DNA from: Candidatus Iainarchaeum sp.
GTDB lineage: Archaea; Iainarchaeota; Iainarchaeia; Iainarchaeales; GCA-2688035
DNA: 64,000 bases
Assembly (NCBI GenBank): GCA_017610205.1
Contig: JAFCCL010000002.1
Span: forward strand, 71,481 to 135,480
Direction: 5' to 3'
Part shown: positions 28,477 to 37,471 of the stretch, in pieces
Numbering within the stretch: the stretch's first letter is position 1
Layout: the number at the start of each line of letters is the position of its first letter
Notes under the pieces: generated by a model
Databases searched by the model: none
Told to the model about the DNA's origin: nothing
The model's input: only the letters and a program-made list of their open reading frames with translations
Position numbers and translations under genes: made by a program

Positions 28477-29310
28477 TTAAAGACAGGTTCCAACACCCAA
28501 AGTTAACACGTCACGCAGGCCTGTTGCAAATCCAAGAATAATTATAACAATTTTTATAAATCCGCGCAAATTCTCGTTCTTGATTTCTTTGTCAACAAAG
28601 TAAAGAATTACAAAAACCAAACCAATCTTTGCAAGCACAAAGCTAACTGGAAATGAATCAAGGAGAAATGCTGAAAGAGGGTGCTGTTCGCCGCAAAAAA
28701 AGAACTTGGTTGCAACAAAAGTTGCAAATCCATCCAAAGCCTGTGAGGCAAGCGCAAGCCTGTTCAAACCAGTCTTGAGAATTTTTTTGCCAAGTTTTCC
28801 AGAAATGAAAATAAGCAATGCTGTTGTTACTGCAACAAGCAACAGCACTTCAATTACTCCAATCCACGCCTGAAAATTTAAAAATTCAAAAAAGACAATT
28901 GGCAGGGCAAAAATTAAACCAATGCATGCAAACAATTTGTAAAAATTAATATTAAATTTTTTTGAGGCAAAAAGAGAAACAACAAGAGACACCAATGTTA
29001 CGGTTGCAATAAACAGGAAAATGCCAGGGGTAACAAAATAATAAGCTAGCTCAAGTGGATTCCAGCTACGCGGAAGCAGTGCCATATCTTCAAGAACGCG
29101 AAGGGCAGAACCAAGAAGAACATAGGGTAAAAGCGCAAGCATAAATTTTGTATTAAACTTTACTCCACGCTTGTCAAGCAATGGAAAGATTACGAAAAAA
29201 AGCAGAAAAAGCATTATTGCTCCGTAAACAATATACTCCGCCGGCCCATAAAGACCGCGTTCAGCAATTCTTTGGGCAAAAAATTCGTAAAAAATCGAAC
29301 CAGGGTCCAT
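28477..29310 (-). CDS. Polytopic membrane protein (DUF63-like?)
   Basis: 277 aa with 7-8 TM helices. Confidence 0.35.
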   Translation of the reverse strand: MDPGSIFYEFFAQRIAERGLYGPAEYIVYGAIMLFLLFFVIFPLLDKRGVKFNTKFMLALLPYVLLGSALRVLEDMALLPRSWNPLELAYYFVTPGIFLFIATVTLVSLVVSLFASKKFNINFYKLFACIGLIFALPIVFFEFLNFQAWIGVIEVLLLVAVTTALLIFISGKLGKKILKTGLNRLALASQALDGFATFVATKFFFCGEQHPLSAFLLDSFPVSFVLAKIGLVFVILYFVDKEIKNENLRGFIKIVIIILGFATGLRDVLTLGVGTCL

Positions 29311-29352
29311 ACAAAGGAATTTTTAACAACTTAATTCTTTTATATTGGTATT

Positions 29353-29856
29353 ATGGAGAAGGAAAAAGTACTTGCCCTGGTTCGGGAACTCTTATACCCT
29401 AACCAAATTGCACTGGCAACGTCTATAGATAAGGATGGAACGCCCAACATAATTACGCTTGCTTGGAACATGCGCACCTCGGATGAGCCGCCGATGATTG
29501 CGATTTCTGTCGGGAAGAGCAGGTATTCACACAAACTCATTTCAGAATGCGGGGAATTTGTTCTTGCTTTTCCAGGGGAGGAAATGCAGAAAGCGGCAAT
29601 TTATTGCGGTACCCACTCAGGCAGAAATGTAGATAAGTTCAAGGAAAGCGGATTGAAGGCCGAAAAAGCAGAAAGTGTAAGGCCTCCACTTATAGCAGGA
29701 TGCATTGCCAATTTTGAATGCGTCGTGGCAAGCAGCCTTGACACTGGAGACCACACTATTTTTGTTGGAGAAATTAGGAAGGCAAGCTCTTCAGGCAAAA
29801 AGAAGCTCTTGCTTGAACTCGACAATGACAGAATAGGCTGTGCAAATGAATTTTGA
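29353..29856 (+). CDS. Flavin reductase-like FMN-binding protein
   Basis: Split-barrel pattern: IALATSIDKDGTPNIITLAW..., GDHTIFVGEI. Confidence 0.65.
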   Translation: MEKEKVLALVRELLYPNQIALATSIDKDGTPNIITLAWNMRTSDEPPMIAISVGKSRYSHKLISECGEFVLAFPGEEMQKAAIYCGTHSGRNVDKFKESGLKAEKAESVRPPLIAGCIANFECVVASSLDTGDHTIFVGEIRKASSSGKKKLLLELDNDRIGCANEF

Positions 29857-29905
29857 AAAGAAAAAAATAGAGATAAATCTAAGATGAATTAAGCAGGTAT
29901 GAAAA

Positions 29906-30766
29906 ATGGAGAAGAAAAAAAAGCCAAGAAGTTTGAAAGAAGCACTTGAAGGAAAGCTTTCAAAAAAAGAAAGAGAAAAACTTATCACAAGCTTTGACAG
30001 CATTGGCGACATTGCAGTTATACAAATTCACGAAGATTTGCAAAAAAAAGCAAAGCTAATTGGAGATGCCTTGCTCTCCACAAACAAGCAATTCAAAACA
30101 GTGTGCATGGTTTCAGGAGAACACAAAGGCAAATACAGAGTACAACCAGTAAAGGTAATTGCGGGAAAAAAGACACTGAAAGCATCTTACAGAGAAAGCG
30201 GATGCCTGTTTTCGGTTTATTTAGGCAAGGTATTCTTTAGCCCCAGATTAAGCACTGAACGAATGAGAATTTCGCAATTAATTAAAGAAAATGAGATAAT
30301 TGGCGCATTTTTTGCAGGAGTTGGACCGTTTCCAATAGTTTTTACAAGGCTTAGCCAGATGAAAAAGGCATATGCAGTAGAACTTAACCCAGAAGCATAC
30401 AAAGGACTTCTACATAATATTGGATTGAATAAATGCCAAAACAAAGTAGAACCTATTTTGGGAGACGTAAAAAAAGTAGTTCCAAAAATGCTTTTGGAAA
30501 AATGCGACAGGGTAGTAATGCCTTTGCCAAAAGGTGGAGAAAACTTTTTGAAAGAGGCAATGATGGCATTAAAGTCAGAGGGCGGCATTGTTCACTTTTA
30601 CAGATTTGTTGAAAGGGAAAAAGGAGTTGGGCAGCCATTGAAGGAAATTAAAGAAGCAGCAAAAGAACTTGGAATGAAAACACGCGTTCTTAGAAAGAAA
30701 AAAGTTCGTTCTTTTTCCGCAAGCAAGGAACAGGTCGTAATAGACTTTTGGGGAAAAAAGATTTAG
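29906..30766 (+). CDS. Met-10+ family class I methyltransferase (Trm5/Taw2-like tRNA methyltransferase)
   Basis: FSPRLSTER, FAGVGPF, AVELNPEAY. Confidence 0.65.
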   Translation: MEKKKKPRSLKEALEGKLSKKEREKLITSFDSIGDIAVIQIHEDLQKKAKLIGDALLSTNKQFKTVCMVSGEHKGKYRVQPVKVIAGKKTLKASYRESGCLFSVYLGKVFFSPRLSTERMRISQLIKENEIIGAFFAGVGPFPIVFTRLSQMKKAYAVELNPEAYKGLLHNIGLNKCQNKVEPILGDVKKVVPKMLLEKCDRVVMPLPKGGENFLKEAMMALKSEGGIVHFYRFVEREKGVGQPLKEIKEAAKELGMKTRVLRKKKVRSFSASKEQVVIDFWGKKI

Positions 30767-30769
30767 CAA

Positions 30770-32053
30770 CTACTCCCATTGAAGATAGGGATAGCCACCG
30801 TGCGTTGCATCAATAATCCAAATGCCTACAAAATCCCAACCAGTATAAGTTGACTGCAGCTTCATATCAGCCTGAGTTGACTCTGTCCCGCAACCGCTTG
30901 ATGCCTGGCCTGAATCAGTCGGATTCCAGTAATTGTCTGCTGTGCAGGTTGCAGTATTTACTCCAACAAAACCGCCAACGTTATCTTTTCCAGAGACCTT
31001 GCCAGTGGCATAGGACTTGCTTATCGAACCATAATTTGTACCAATTAGCCCTCCTGCAACCTGGTTTCCATTGCATATAACATTTGCAGAAGAATAAGTG
31101 TTGGAAATTGTTGCTCCAGAAGTACCAACAAGACCTCCAACATAGTCACCTGCGCTGGTAACACTTCCAGTTGAATAAGAATTTCTTATGATTGCATTTT
31201 GAGAGACAGATCCGGCCAAAGAGCCTACAACCCTCAACCCGTATATATTTGCATTGGTCAAACCAACATTTGATATCTCGCCACCCTCACCAAGATCCCC
31301 AAACAATCCAATACTCCATTCTGACCCTCGGTTAATAGTCAAATTTGTTATCTGGAAATTGTTTCCATTAAAGCTTCCGGTAAACTTCGCAGCACTGCTT
31401 CCAATAGGCTTAAACCCATAATAGGCACCAGGATTTTCTGGAATCTCATTCCAGGCAGCACTTGCAGAACAGTCAATGTCTGAAGCCAGCTCATAATTTT
31501 CTGTCAAATCGCCGTCTTTTATTGCCTGCAAGCTGGCACAATCAGTTATCTGAATAGTGGTTGGCACAGGACTAACACCAGTGCCTGAACCAGTAATTGT
31601 AACGGCAAATGTGTTTGATAAATTATCAAAATCAATATACTCTATTTCAATTGTTCCAGAAACTTCTGAAACGCCACTGCAATCAATCCAAAGATTCTCA
31701 CCAGCAGGCATATAAATTCCTGGAGATATTTTTACACCAGTGCTTATGACATTGCCATTAATCAAACAGCTTACAGATTCTGTTGAATAACTTGCAGGCA
31801 AAGTAATTTTTGTAACATAAATCTTTCCCTCAGCAATGTTCTGCAGTATGATGTCAACATCACTACCAGAAACAGAACCGCCTTTTAGCATAATTTTTGT
31901 AGGGTCACTGGAATAAAAATTGACTTTGGAAATAGGAGTGCTTACAACAAAAACAAGAACGGCAACAACACTTGCAATTAGAATAAACGCCCAGCCATAA
32001 GTCATTAAATAATCCAAAGCAGCCTGAGCAGAAGTTCCCCGAAGCAAAACCAT
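30770..32053 (-). CDS. Surface protein with archaeal class III (type IV pilin-like) signal peptide and C-terminal GLUG repeats
   Basis: N-terminus MVLLRG|TSAQAALDYLMTYGWAFILIASVVAVLV. C-terminal repeats VGGLVGTSG / AGGLIGTN / VGGFVGVN. Confidence 0.55.
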   Translation of the reverse strand: MVLLRGTSAQAALDYLMTYGWAFILIASVVAVLVFVVSTPISKVNFYSSDPTKIMLKGGSVSGSDVDIILQNIAEGKIYVTKITLPASYSTESVSCLINGNVISTGVKISPGIYMPAGENLWIDCSGVSEVSGTIEIEYIDFDNLSNTFAVTITGSGTGVSPVPTTIQITDCASLQAIKDGDLTENYELASDIDCSASAAWNEIPENPGAYYGFKPIGSSAAKFTGSFNGNNFQITNLTINRGSEWSIGLFGDLGEGGEISNVGLTNANIYGLRVVGSLAGSVSQNAIIRNSYSTGSVTSAGDYVGGLVGTSGATISNTYSSANVICNGNQVAGGLIGTNYGSISKSYATGKVSGKDNVGGFVGVNTATCTADNYWNPTDSGQASSGCGTESTQADMKLQSTYTGWDFVGIWIIDATHGGYPYLQWE

Positions 32054-32156
32054 TATAGTAAAATGTTTTTCAAATATTTAACCCTATTCATTTAGGCAAA
32101 GAGGAAAGAATTAAAATAGATTCCCTTAATTTTGTTATCGTAGAGGTTTTGTTGAA

Positions 32157-32813
32157 ATGGTTTTAAGGCTTGTTTTTTTGGGACCGCCTGGTGCAGGCAA
32201 GGGCACAATAGCGCAAAGGTTATGTGAAGCGCACAAACTTTTGCAAATTAGCACAGGAGAACTGTTAAGGGAAGAAACAGGAAGGGGAACAGAACTTGGA
32301 AATAAAGTAAAGGCAATAATGGAATCCGGACAATATGTTGAAGACGAAATTGTTGCAGAACTTGTTGAAAACAAGCTGAAAGAATTAGGTGAAGAAAAGG
32401 GATTTATTTTGGACGGGTTTCCAAGAACTATTAAGCAAGCAGGAATACTTGAAGGAATTCTTAACAAGCTTGGTTTGAAACTCAATGGAGCATTTGACAT
32501 TGAAGCAAGTGACGAAACCATTATTGAAAGGTTAAGTGGAAGAAGAAGCTGCGGCAAATGCGGAAAAATTTACCACTTGAAAAACATTCCTCCAAAAGAG
32601 GAAGGAAAATGTGACAAGTGTAGTTCTGTCCTTGTGCAAAGAAATGATGATAAGCCTGAAGTTATAAAAACAAGGCTTGAAACATACAGGGAAAAGACAG
32701 CACCGCTTGTAAAATACTATGAAGAAAAAGGCCTTTTGAAGGTTATTGATGCAAACGGGAAAGTAAATGAAAACATTCAAAATGTTGAAACAATACTTGG
32801 AGTGATTGAGTAA
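32157..32813 (+). CDS. adk: Adenylate kinase (Zn-lid type)
   Basis: GPPGAGKGT P-loop. LID CGKCGKIYH...CDKCS. Confidence 0.9.
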   Translation: MVLRLVFLGPPGAGKGTIAQRLCEAHKLLQISTGELLREETGRGTELGNKVKAIMESGQYVEDEIVAELVENKLKELGEEKGFILDGFPRTIKQAGILEGILNKLGLKLNGAFDIEASDETIIERLSGRRSCGKCGKIYHLKNIPPKEEGKCDKCSSVLVQRNDDKPEVIKTRLETYREKTAPLVKYYEEKGLLKVIDANGKVNENIQNVETILGVIE

Positions 32814-33719
32814 ATGGTTGACATTGTTGTTTTTGGAAGCGTTGCGTTTGATTCAATAAAAACACCCTTTGGAAAAACAGACAAAACACTTGGTGGGTCA
32901 GGAACTTATGCAAGCATTGCCGCTTCTTTTTTCTCAAAGGCCGGGGTTGTAAGCGCAGTTGGTTCCGACTTTGGAACAGAAAATATGGACATTTTGAAAA
33001 AAAAAGGCGTTGATTTGACAGGACTTGCATTAATGCCTGGAAAAACATTTCACTGGAAAGCAGAATATGGCCATGATATTAATTCAGCAAAAACTCTTGA
33101 CGTTCAATTCAACGTTCTTAAAAATTTTAAACCAGAACTTCCAGAAGAATACAAAAATGCCGAATTTTTGCTTCTTGGAAACAACGACCCAGAAGCACAG
33201 CTTAATGTACTAAACCAAATGGAAAAAAGGCCAAAACTTGTAATAGCAGACACAATGAATTATTACATTGAACACAAAAAAGACAAGGTTTTGGAGGTTG
33301 TAAAAGAAGCAGACATCTGCCTTATGAACGACGGAGAAGCAAGAATGCTTTTCAATACACCAAGCCTTTTAAAAGCCGCAAAAAAAATTATTAAACTTGA
33401 TTCAAATCTTGCAATAATCAAAAAAGGAGAACACGGTGCATTGTTGAACACAGAAAAAGGAAGCTTTGTTGCGCCTGCATACCCTTTGGAGGAAGTGATT
33501 GACCCAACAGGCTGCGGAGACTGCTTTGCAGGGGCAATGATTGGATTTCTTGCAAAGCAGGGAACGGTTAATGAAGAGCTTATGAGAAAAGCCATAATTT
33601 ATGGGTCGGTTGTTGCTTCCTTTAATGCAGAGGGAATGGGAACTGAAAAATTGTGCAGTATTTCAATGCAGGAAATTGAAGAAAGGTTTAACGAATTTAA
33701 AGAGATTGTAAGATTTTGA
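32814..33719 (+). CDS. PfkB-family carbohydrate/nucleoside kinase
   Basis: GGSGTYASIA and DPTGCGDCFAGA motifs. Its ATG abuts the adk stop. Confidence 0.8.
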   Translation: MVDIVVFGSVAFDSIKTPFGKTDKTLGGSGTYASIAASFFSKAGVVSAVGSDFGTENMDILKKKGVDLTGLALMPGKTFHWKAEYGHDINSAKTLDVQFNVLKNFKPELPEEYKNAEFLLLGNNDPEAQLNVLNQMEKRPKLVIADTMNYYIEHKKDKVLEVVKEADICLMNDGEARMLFNTPSLLKAAKKIIKLDSNLAIIKKGEHGALLNTEKGSFVAPAYPLEEVIDPTGCGDCFAGAMIGFLAKQGTVNEELMRKAIIYGSVVASFNAEGMGTEKLCSISMQEIEERFNEFKEIVRF

Positions 33720-34207
33720 AATATTGGAAATTGGTTTTTTGGCATAAGACTTTCCCTATTAAACCATTCGTCACATTTTTTTCCATCTTCTTCAATGCCA
33801 GCCTCTTCCTTTGCAATTGCAGCAGCTATTTTTTCCCACTCCCTGCGCGACGTGAAAAGATCAGGGTTTGATTTAAGAAATGTTAAAAACTCAATTCTCT
33901 CAGCTCTAAGCCAAAGATGCTTCTCCAAAGCAAAGGAGGCAAGGTAAACAATTCTTTCTGCCACAGGCTTCTTTTTTCGTGTTTCAGACAGCAATTCAAT
34001 TCGAGCCAGTTCAAAACTATGGTTTGCGCTCTTAATATTTGCCTGCAGAGTTGTAAACTTTTGATGCATTCCTTTAGGCACTAGTCTAATTGTTTTAGGG
34101 ATTTTTGGTTTTTTTGATTTTTCATGAAAGGGAACATTTCCAGAAAACTTTATTATATGCATTAAACAAAGAAAGGGGATGTTTGCTTTAAAAAAGTTTG
34201 CAGTCAA
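33599..34207 (-). CDS. Hypothetical protein (C-terminal 120 nt overlap convergently with the pfkB-family gene; true extent uncertain)
   Basis: 202-aa ORF of normal composition with no recognisable motif. The overlap makes the C-terminus suspect. Confidence 0.3.
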   Translation of the reverse strand: MTANFFKANIPFLCLMHIIKFSGNVPFHEKSKKPKIPKTIRLVPKGMHQKFTTLQANIKSANHSFELARIELLSETRKKKPVAERIVYLASFALEKHLWLRAERIEFLTFLKSNPDLFTSRREWEKIAAAIAKEEAGIEEDGKKCDEWFNRESLMPKNQFPIFQNLTISLNSLNLSSISCIEILHNFSVPIPSALKEATTDP

Positions 34208-34254
34208 ATAATCTTAAGAATTACGAATTTTAAATTTTAAAGGAGTTGATTTTT

Positions 34255-35508
34255 GTGGCACACGAAGTAAAGGATGAAAGTCTGGCAGAACAGGGTCAAA
34301 TGAACATAGAATATGCAGAACAAAACATGCCTGCATTAAGGGCGATAAAGGCACGTTTTGAAAAAGAAAAGCCATTGAAAGGAATTAGAGTCGGAATGGC
34401 ATTGCATATAACAAAGGAAACAGCAAACCTTGTAAGAACACTAATTGCAGGAGGAGCAGAGATTGCAATAACAGGATGCAATCCTTTAAGCACACAAGAC
34501 GATGTTGCAGCAGCCCTTGCAAAAGACGGAGTAAATGTTTACGGCCACAAAGGAGAATCAAACGAAGACTATTACAGATTTTTAAACAATGTTCTTGACT
34601 TCAATCCAAACGCCACAATTGACGACGGATGTGACATCATCTCAGAAATTCACGCCAAAAGACCAGAGCTCCTAAAAGACCTGATTGTGGGAACAGAGGA
34701 AACAACAACAGGAATTATCAGACTAAAAGCAATGGAAGCAGACAAAGCATTAAAGTATCCAATAATTGCAGTAAACGACAATTTGACAAAGCACCTTTTT
34801 GACAATTTCTACGGTACTGGACAGTCTACACTTGATGGGATAATGAGGGCAACAAATGTTTTGTACTCTGGAAAAACCGTTGTGGTTTCAGGATACGGAG
34901 ACTGTGGAAGGGGTGTTGCACTAAGATCAAAGGGACTAGGAGCAGACGTAATAGTATGCGAAGTTAACGCTGTAAGAGCACTGCAGGCAAAACAGGACGG
35001 CTATAATGTAATGCCAATTGCAGAAGCAGCACCAGAAGGTGACATATTTATTACAGTTACAGGAGACAAACACGTTATTGACATTCACCACATGGAAAAA
35101 ATGAAAAACGGAGCAATTCTTGCAAACTCTGGACACTTTGATTGCGAAATAAATGTCAACGGACTTGAAAAGCTTGCAAAAAGCAAGAGAAGGATAAGGT
35201 GGCAGCTTGACGAATATGTTTTGGAAGACGGAAGGAAAATCTTTTTGTGCGCTGAAGGAAGACTTGTAAATCTTGGCTCTGCAGAAGGCCACCCCTCAGA
35301 AGTAATGGACTTATCATTCTGCGGTCAGGCACTGGCATTGGAATACGGCATAAAAAACAAGGGAAAGCTTGAGGCAGGAGTTCACCTTTTGCCAGAAGAA
35401 GTTGACCAAGGTATTGCAAAGCTAAAGCTTGAGGCAATGAAAATAACTATTGACAAGCTAACAGAGGAACAGAAGAAATACCTTGCTTCATGGCAGGAAG
35501 GGACATAA
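34255..35508 (+). CDS. ahcY: S-adenosyl-L-homocysteine hydrolase
   Basis: Full-length SAHH signature. SD AAAGGAG lies 9 nt before GTG at 34255. The ORF is open from TTG at 34246. Confidence 0.9.
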   Translation: MAHEVKDESLAEQGQMNIEYAEQNMPALRAIKARFEKEKPLKGIRVGMALHITKETANLVRTLIAGGAEIAITGCNPLSTQDDVAAALAKDGVNVYGHKGESNEDYYRFLNNVLDFNPNATIDDGCDIISEIHAKRPELLKDLIVGTEETTTGIIRLKAMEADKALKYPIIAVNDNLTKHLFDNFYGTGQSTLDGIMRATNVLYSGKTVVVSGYGDCGRGVALRSKGLGADVIVCEVNAVRALQAKQDGYNVMPIAEAAPEGDIFITVTGDKHVIDIHHMEKMKNGAILANSGHFDCEINVNGLEKLAKSKRRIRWQLDEYVLEDGRKIFLCAEGRLVNLGSAEGHPSEVMDLSFCGQALALEYGIKNKGKLEAGVHLLPEEVDQGIAKLKLEAMKITIDKLTEEQKKYLASWQEGT

Positions 35509-35556
35509 AGGCTTTTTGGGAAAAGGATTAAATACTCTTTCAGAGCTATTTTCTTT

Positions 35557-36354
35557 ATGCCTGAAATTATTCCTGAAAAACCTGAAAACTTCGAGGACAA
35601 AGCAGAAGACTTTGGATTTGAAAGCAGTAAAATTGATCCAGACAGCCTTCAGGAAGTTCCAAAAGGAAAAGAAAAAGAATACCTTGTTGACTTAATAGAC
35701 CAGCCTGCCTGGAAAAGCATCCTTATAGGGCTTGTAAAAGGCAACAAAATGGACCCCTGGAACATTGATGTAGTAGAGCTTGCAAATTTGTACTGGCAAA
35801 AAATACAGCTTCTTGAAAGACAGGATTTAAGGGTTCCTGCAAATGCAATCCTTGCCTCGGCAATCATGCTCAAGTTAAAGGCAAGAACAATAAAAATAAG
35901 CAGTGTTGAAGAAGAGGATGGTGAAACAAAGGAAATAAGCAGAGAAGAACTTGCAATGATTGAAGAAACCATTCCTGAATTGAGGGGGCAAAGGCAGTTC
36001 AGGGAAGGAAAAATTTCACTTGACGAACTGGTTGAAAGCATTGGCGAAATTTTGGAAAAAACAAGGACAAAAAAAAGCATTTTGAGAGACAAAGAAATTC
36101 CAGAATTCAGCCTTGAATTTAACAAAGAAAAGGCCGCAGAACAGATTGACAAAGTTTTTGCAAAAATAAAAGAAAGGGTTGACAGCCAGGGACTTGTAAG
36201 CTTTACCACCCTGCTTGACGAACAAACTCCACTGGCAATGGTGTACTGCTTTGTACCACTCTTATTCTTAGTAAACAGCGGCAAAGTAAATGCATGGCAG
36301 GAAGAATGGTTTGGCGAGATTTTTATCAGCATCTTAAAGGAAGGGAAAAAATAG
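35557..36354 (+). CDS. scpA: Segregation and condensation protein A (kleisin ScpA-like)
   Basis: DLIDQPAWKSILIGLVKGNKMDPWNIDVVELANLYWQKIQ resembles the ScpA N-terminus. Confidence 0.6.
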   Translation: MPEIIPEKPENFEDKAEDFGFESSKIDPDSLQEVPKGKEKEYLVDLIDQPAWKSILIGLVKGNKMDPWNIDVVELANLYWQKIQLLERQDLRVPANAILASAIMLKLKARTIKISSVEEEDGETKEISREELAMIEETIPELRGQRQFREGKISLDELVESIGEILEKTRTKKSILRDKEIPEFSLEFNKEKAAEQIDKVFAKIKERVDSQGLVSFTTLLDEQTPLAMVYCFVPLLFLVNSGKVNAWQEEWFGEIFISILKEGKK

Positions 36355-36369
36355 TTCAATTGAAATAGC

Positions 36370-36537
36370 TCACTTGTTAATTCTTGGAAGCACAAAAAAA
36401 GCAAAGACTGCTGCAAACACAACAACAACCCAAAAAACTATTGGAGTAATCATGTTGGCAAAAAGCAATGCAAGGCTTGAAATTAAGTAAGCTATTAGAA
36501 TTAGAACAAATATTTGTACAATTTTTTTGGAATTCAT
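36370..36537 (-). CDS. 55-aa single-TM mini-protein (not in ORF track)
   Basis: Manual translation gives MNSKKIVQIFVLILIAYLISSLALLFANMITPIVFWVVVVFAAVFAFFVLPRINK. Co-directional with the RIO kinase gene. Confidence 0.25.
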   Translation of the reverse strand: MNSKKIVQIFVLILIAYLISSLALLFANMITPIVFWVVVVFAAVFAFFVLPRINK

Positions 36538-36567
36538 TTTCTAAAACACCTCATTTCAAACGATTTG

Positions 36568-37329
36568 CTAAATCTGTTTCTCTAAGGCCTTAACATCTGC
36601 CTTTACCTCTTCCATGCTTTTCTTTAAACCCTTTTTTGAAAAATACTTTGCCACATTTCTCAAATCTCTTTCAAAAAATTCTTCGGCTTCAGGATGGGTT
36701 GTCAAAACAGCCTGTCCAACATCAATCAAAACAAGCTCGCCTTGCCTGTTTAAAATGTTATATTCTGAAAAGTCAGCGTGAACCAGTTCAGCTTTGAACA
36801 AAAGCCTTGCAAGAAAACCCACTTCAGTTTTGTAGGCTTTTTTAATATCCTTCAGCGGCTTTTCTTTAAGAGATGGTGAAGCAATCTCTTCGGTGCCAAT
36901 AAATTCCATTACAAGCACGTTTTCAAAAAAAGCAATTGGCATAGGACATGAGACTCCAACCTTGTTTATTAGCAAAAGGTTTGAGAATTCTTTTTTTGCC
37001 CATGCAAAAACTATGTCACGCTTGTTTCTTTTAACTTTTCCAAAGCGCCTGTCGCCATGCAAATACTCGTACATTTTATTAAAGTCACTTGTATCAGTCT
37101 TGTAAATTTTTACAGCACGGTTGTTTCCAGCACTGTCCTTTGCCAGAAAAACATGTGCCTCTTTTCCGGTGCTAATCACATGCTCCACAATATCAAAATA
37201 GCCCCTTGAAGCAAGCTTGTGCAATGCATGAATTGTTCTCTTGTCAAAAACCTTTGCAAAGGTTTTCCTCTGCTCTTCTTCCGGAACAAATTTTCTAATG
37301 TCAAATTCGCTCTTGTTTTCTTTTGGCAT
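36568..37329 (-). CDS. RIO-type serine/threonine protein kinase
   Basis: LVHADFSEYNIL catalytic loop and RIO N-terminal helix. Confidence 0.85.
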   Translation of the reverse strand: MPKENKSEFDIRKFVPEEEQRKTFAKVFDKRTIHALHKLASRGYFDIVEHVISTGKEAHVFLAKDSAGNNRAVKIYKTDTSDFNKMYEYLHGDRRFGKVKRNKRDIVFAWAKKEFSNLLLINKVGVSCPMPIAFFENVLVMEFIGTEEIASPSLKEKPLKDIKKAYKTEVGFLARLLFKAELVHADFSEYNILNRQGELVLIDVGQAVLTTHPEAEEFFERDLRNVAKYFSKKGLKKSMEEVKADVKALEKQI

Positions 37330-37471
37330 ATAGAAAAGAGTAGGGCTAAAGGAGTTTAAATTGTTAATTGGAGGGGAAAAAAATTGAAAAAAGGCGGAAA
37401 ATTATGAAAAGAAAAAAAGGTTAAAAAAATGAAAAAAATTATTAAAAGAAAAAAAGAGGAATGGGGCTTTT

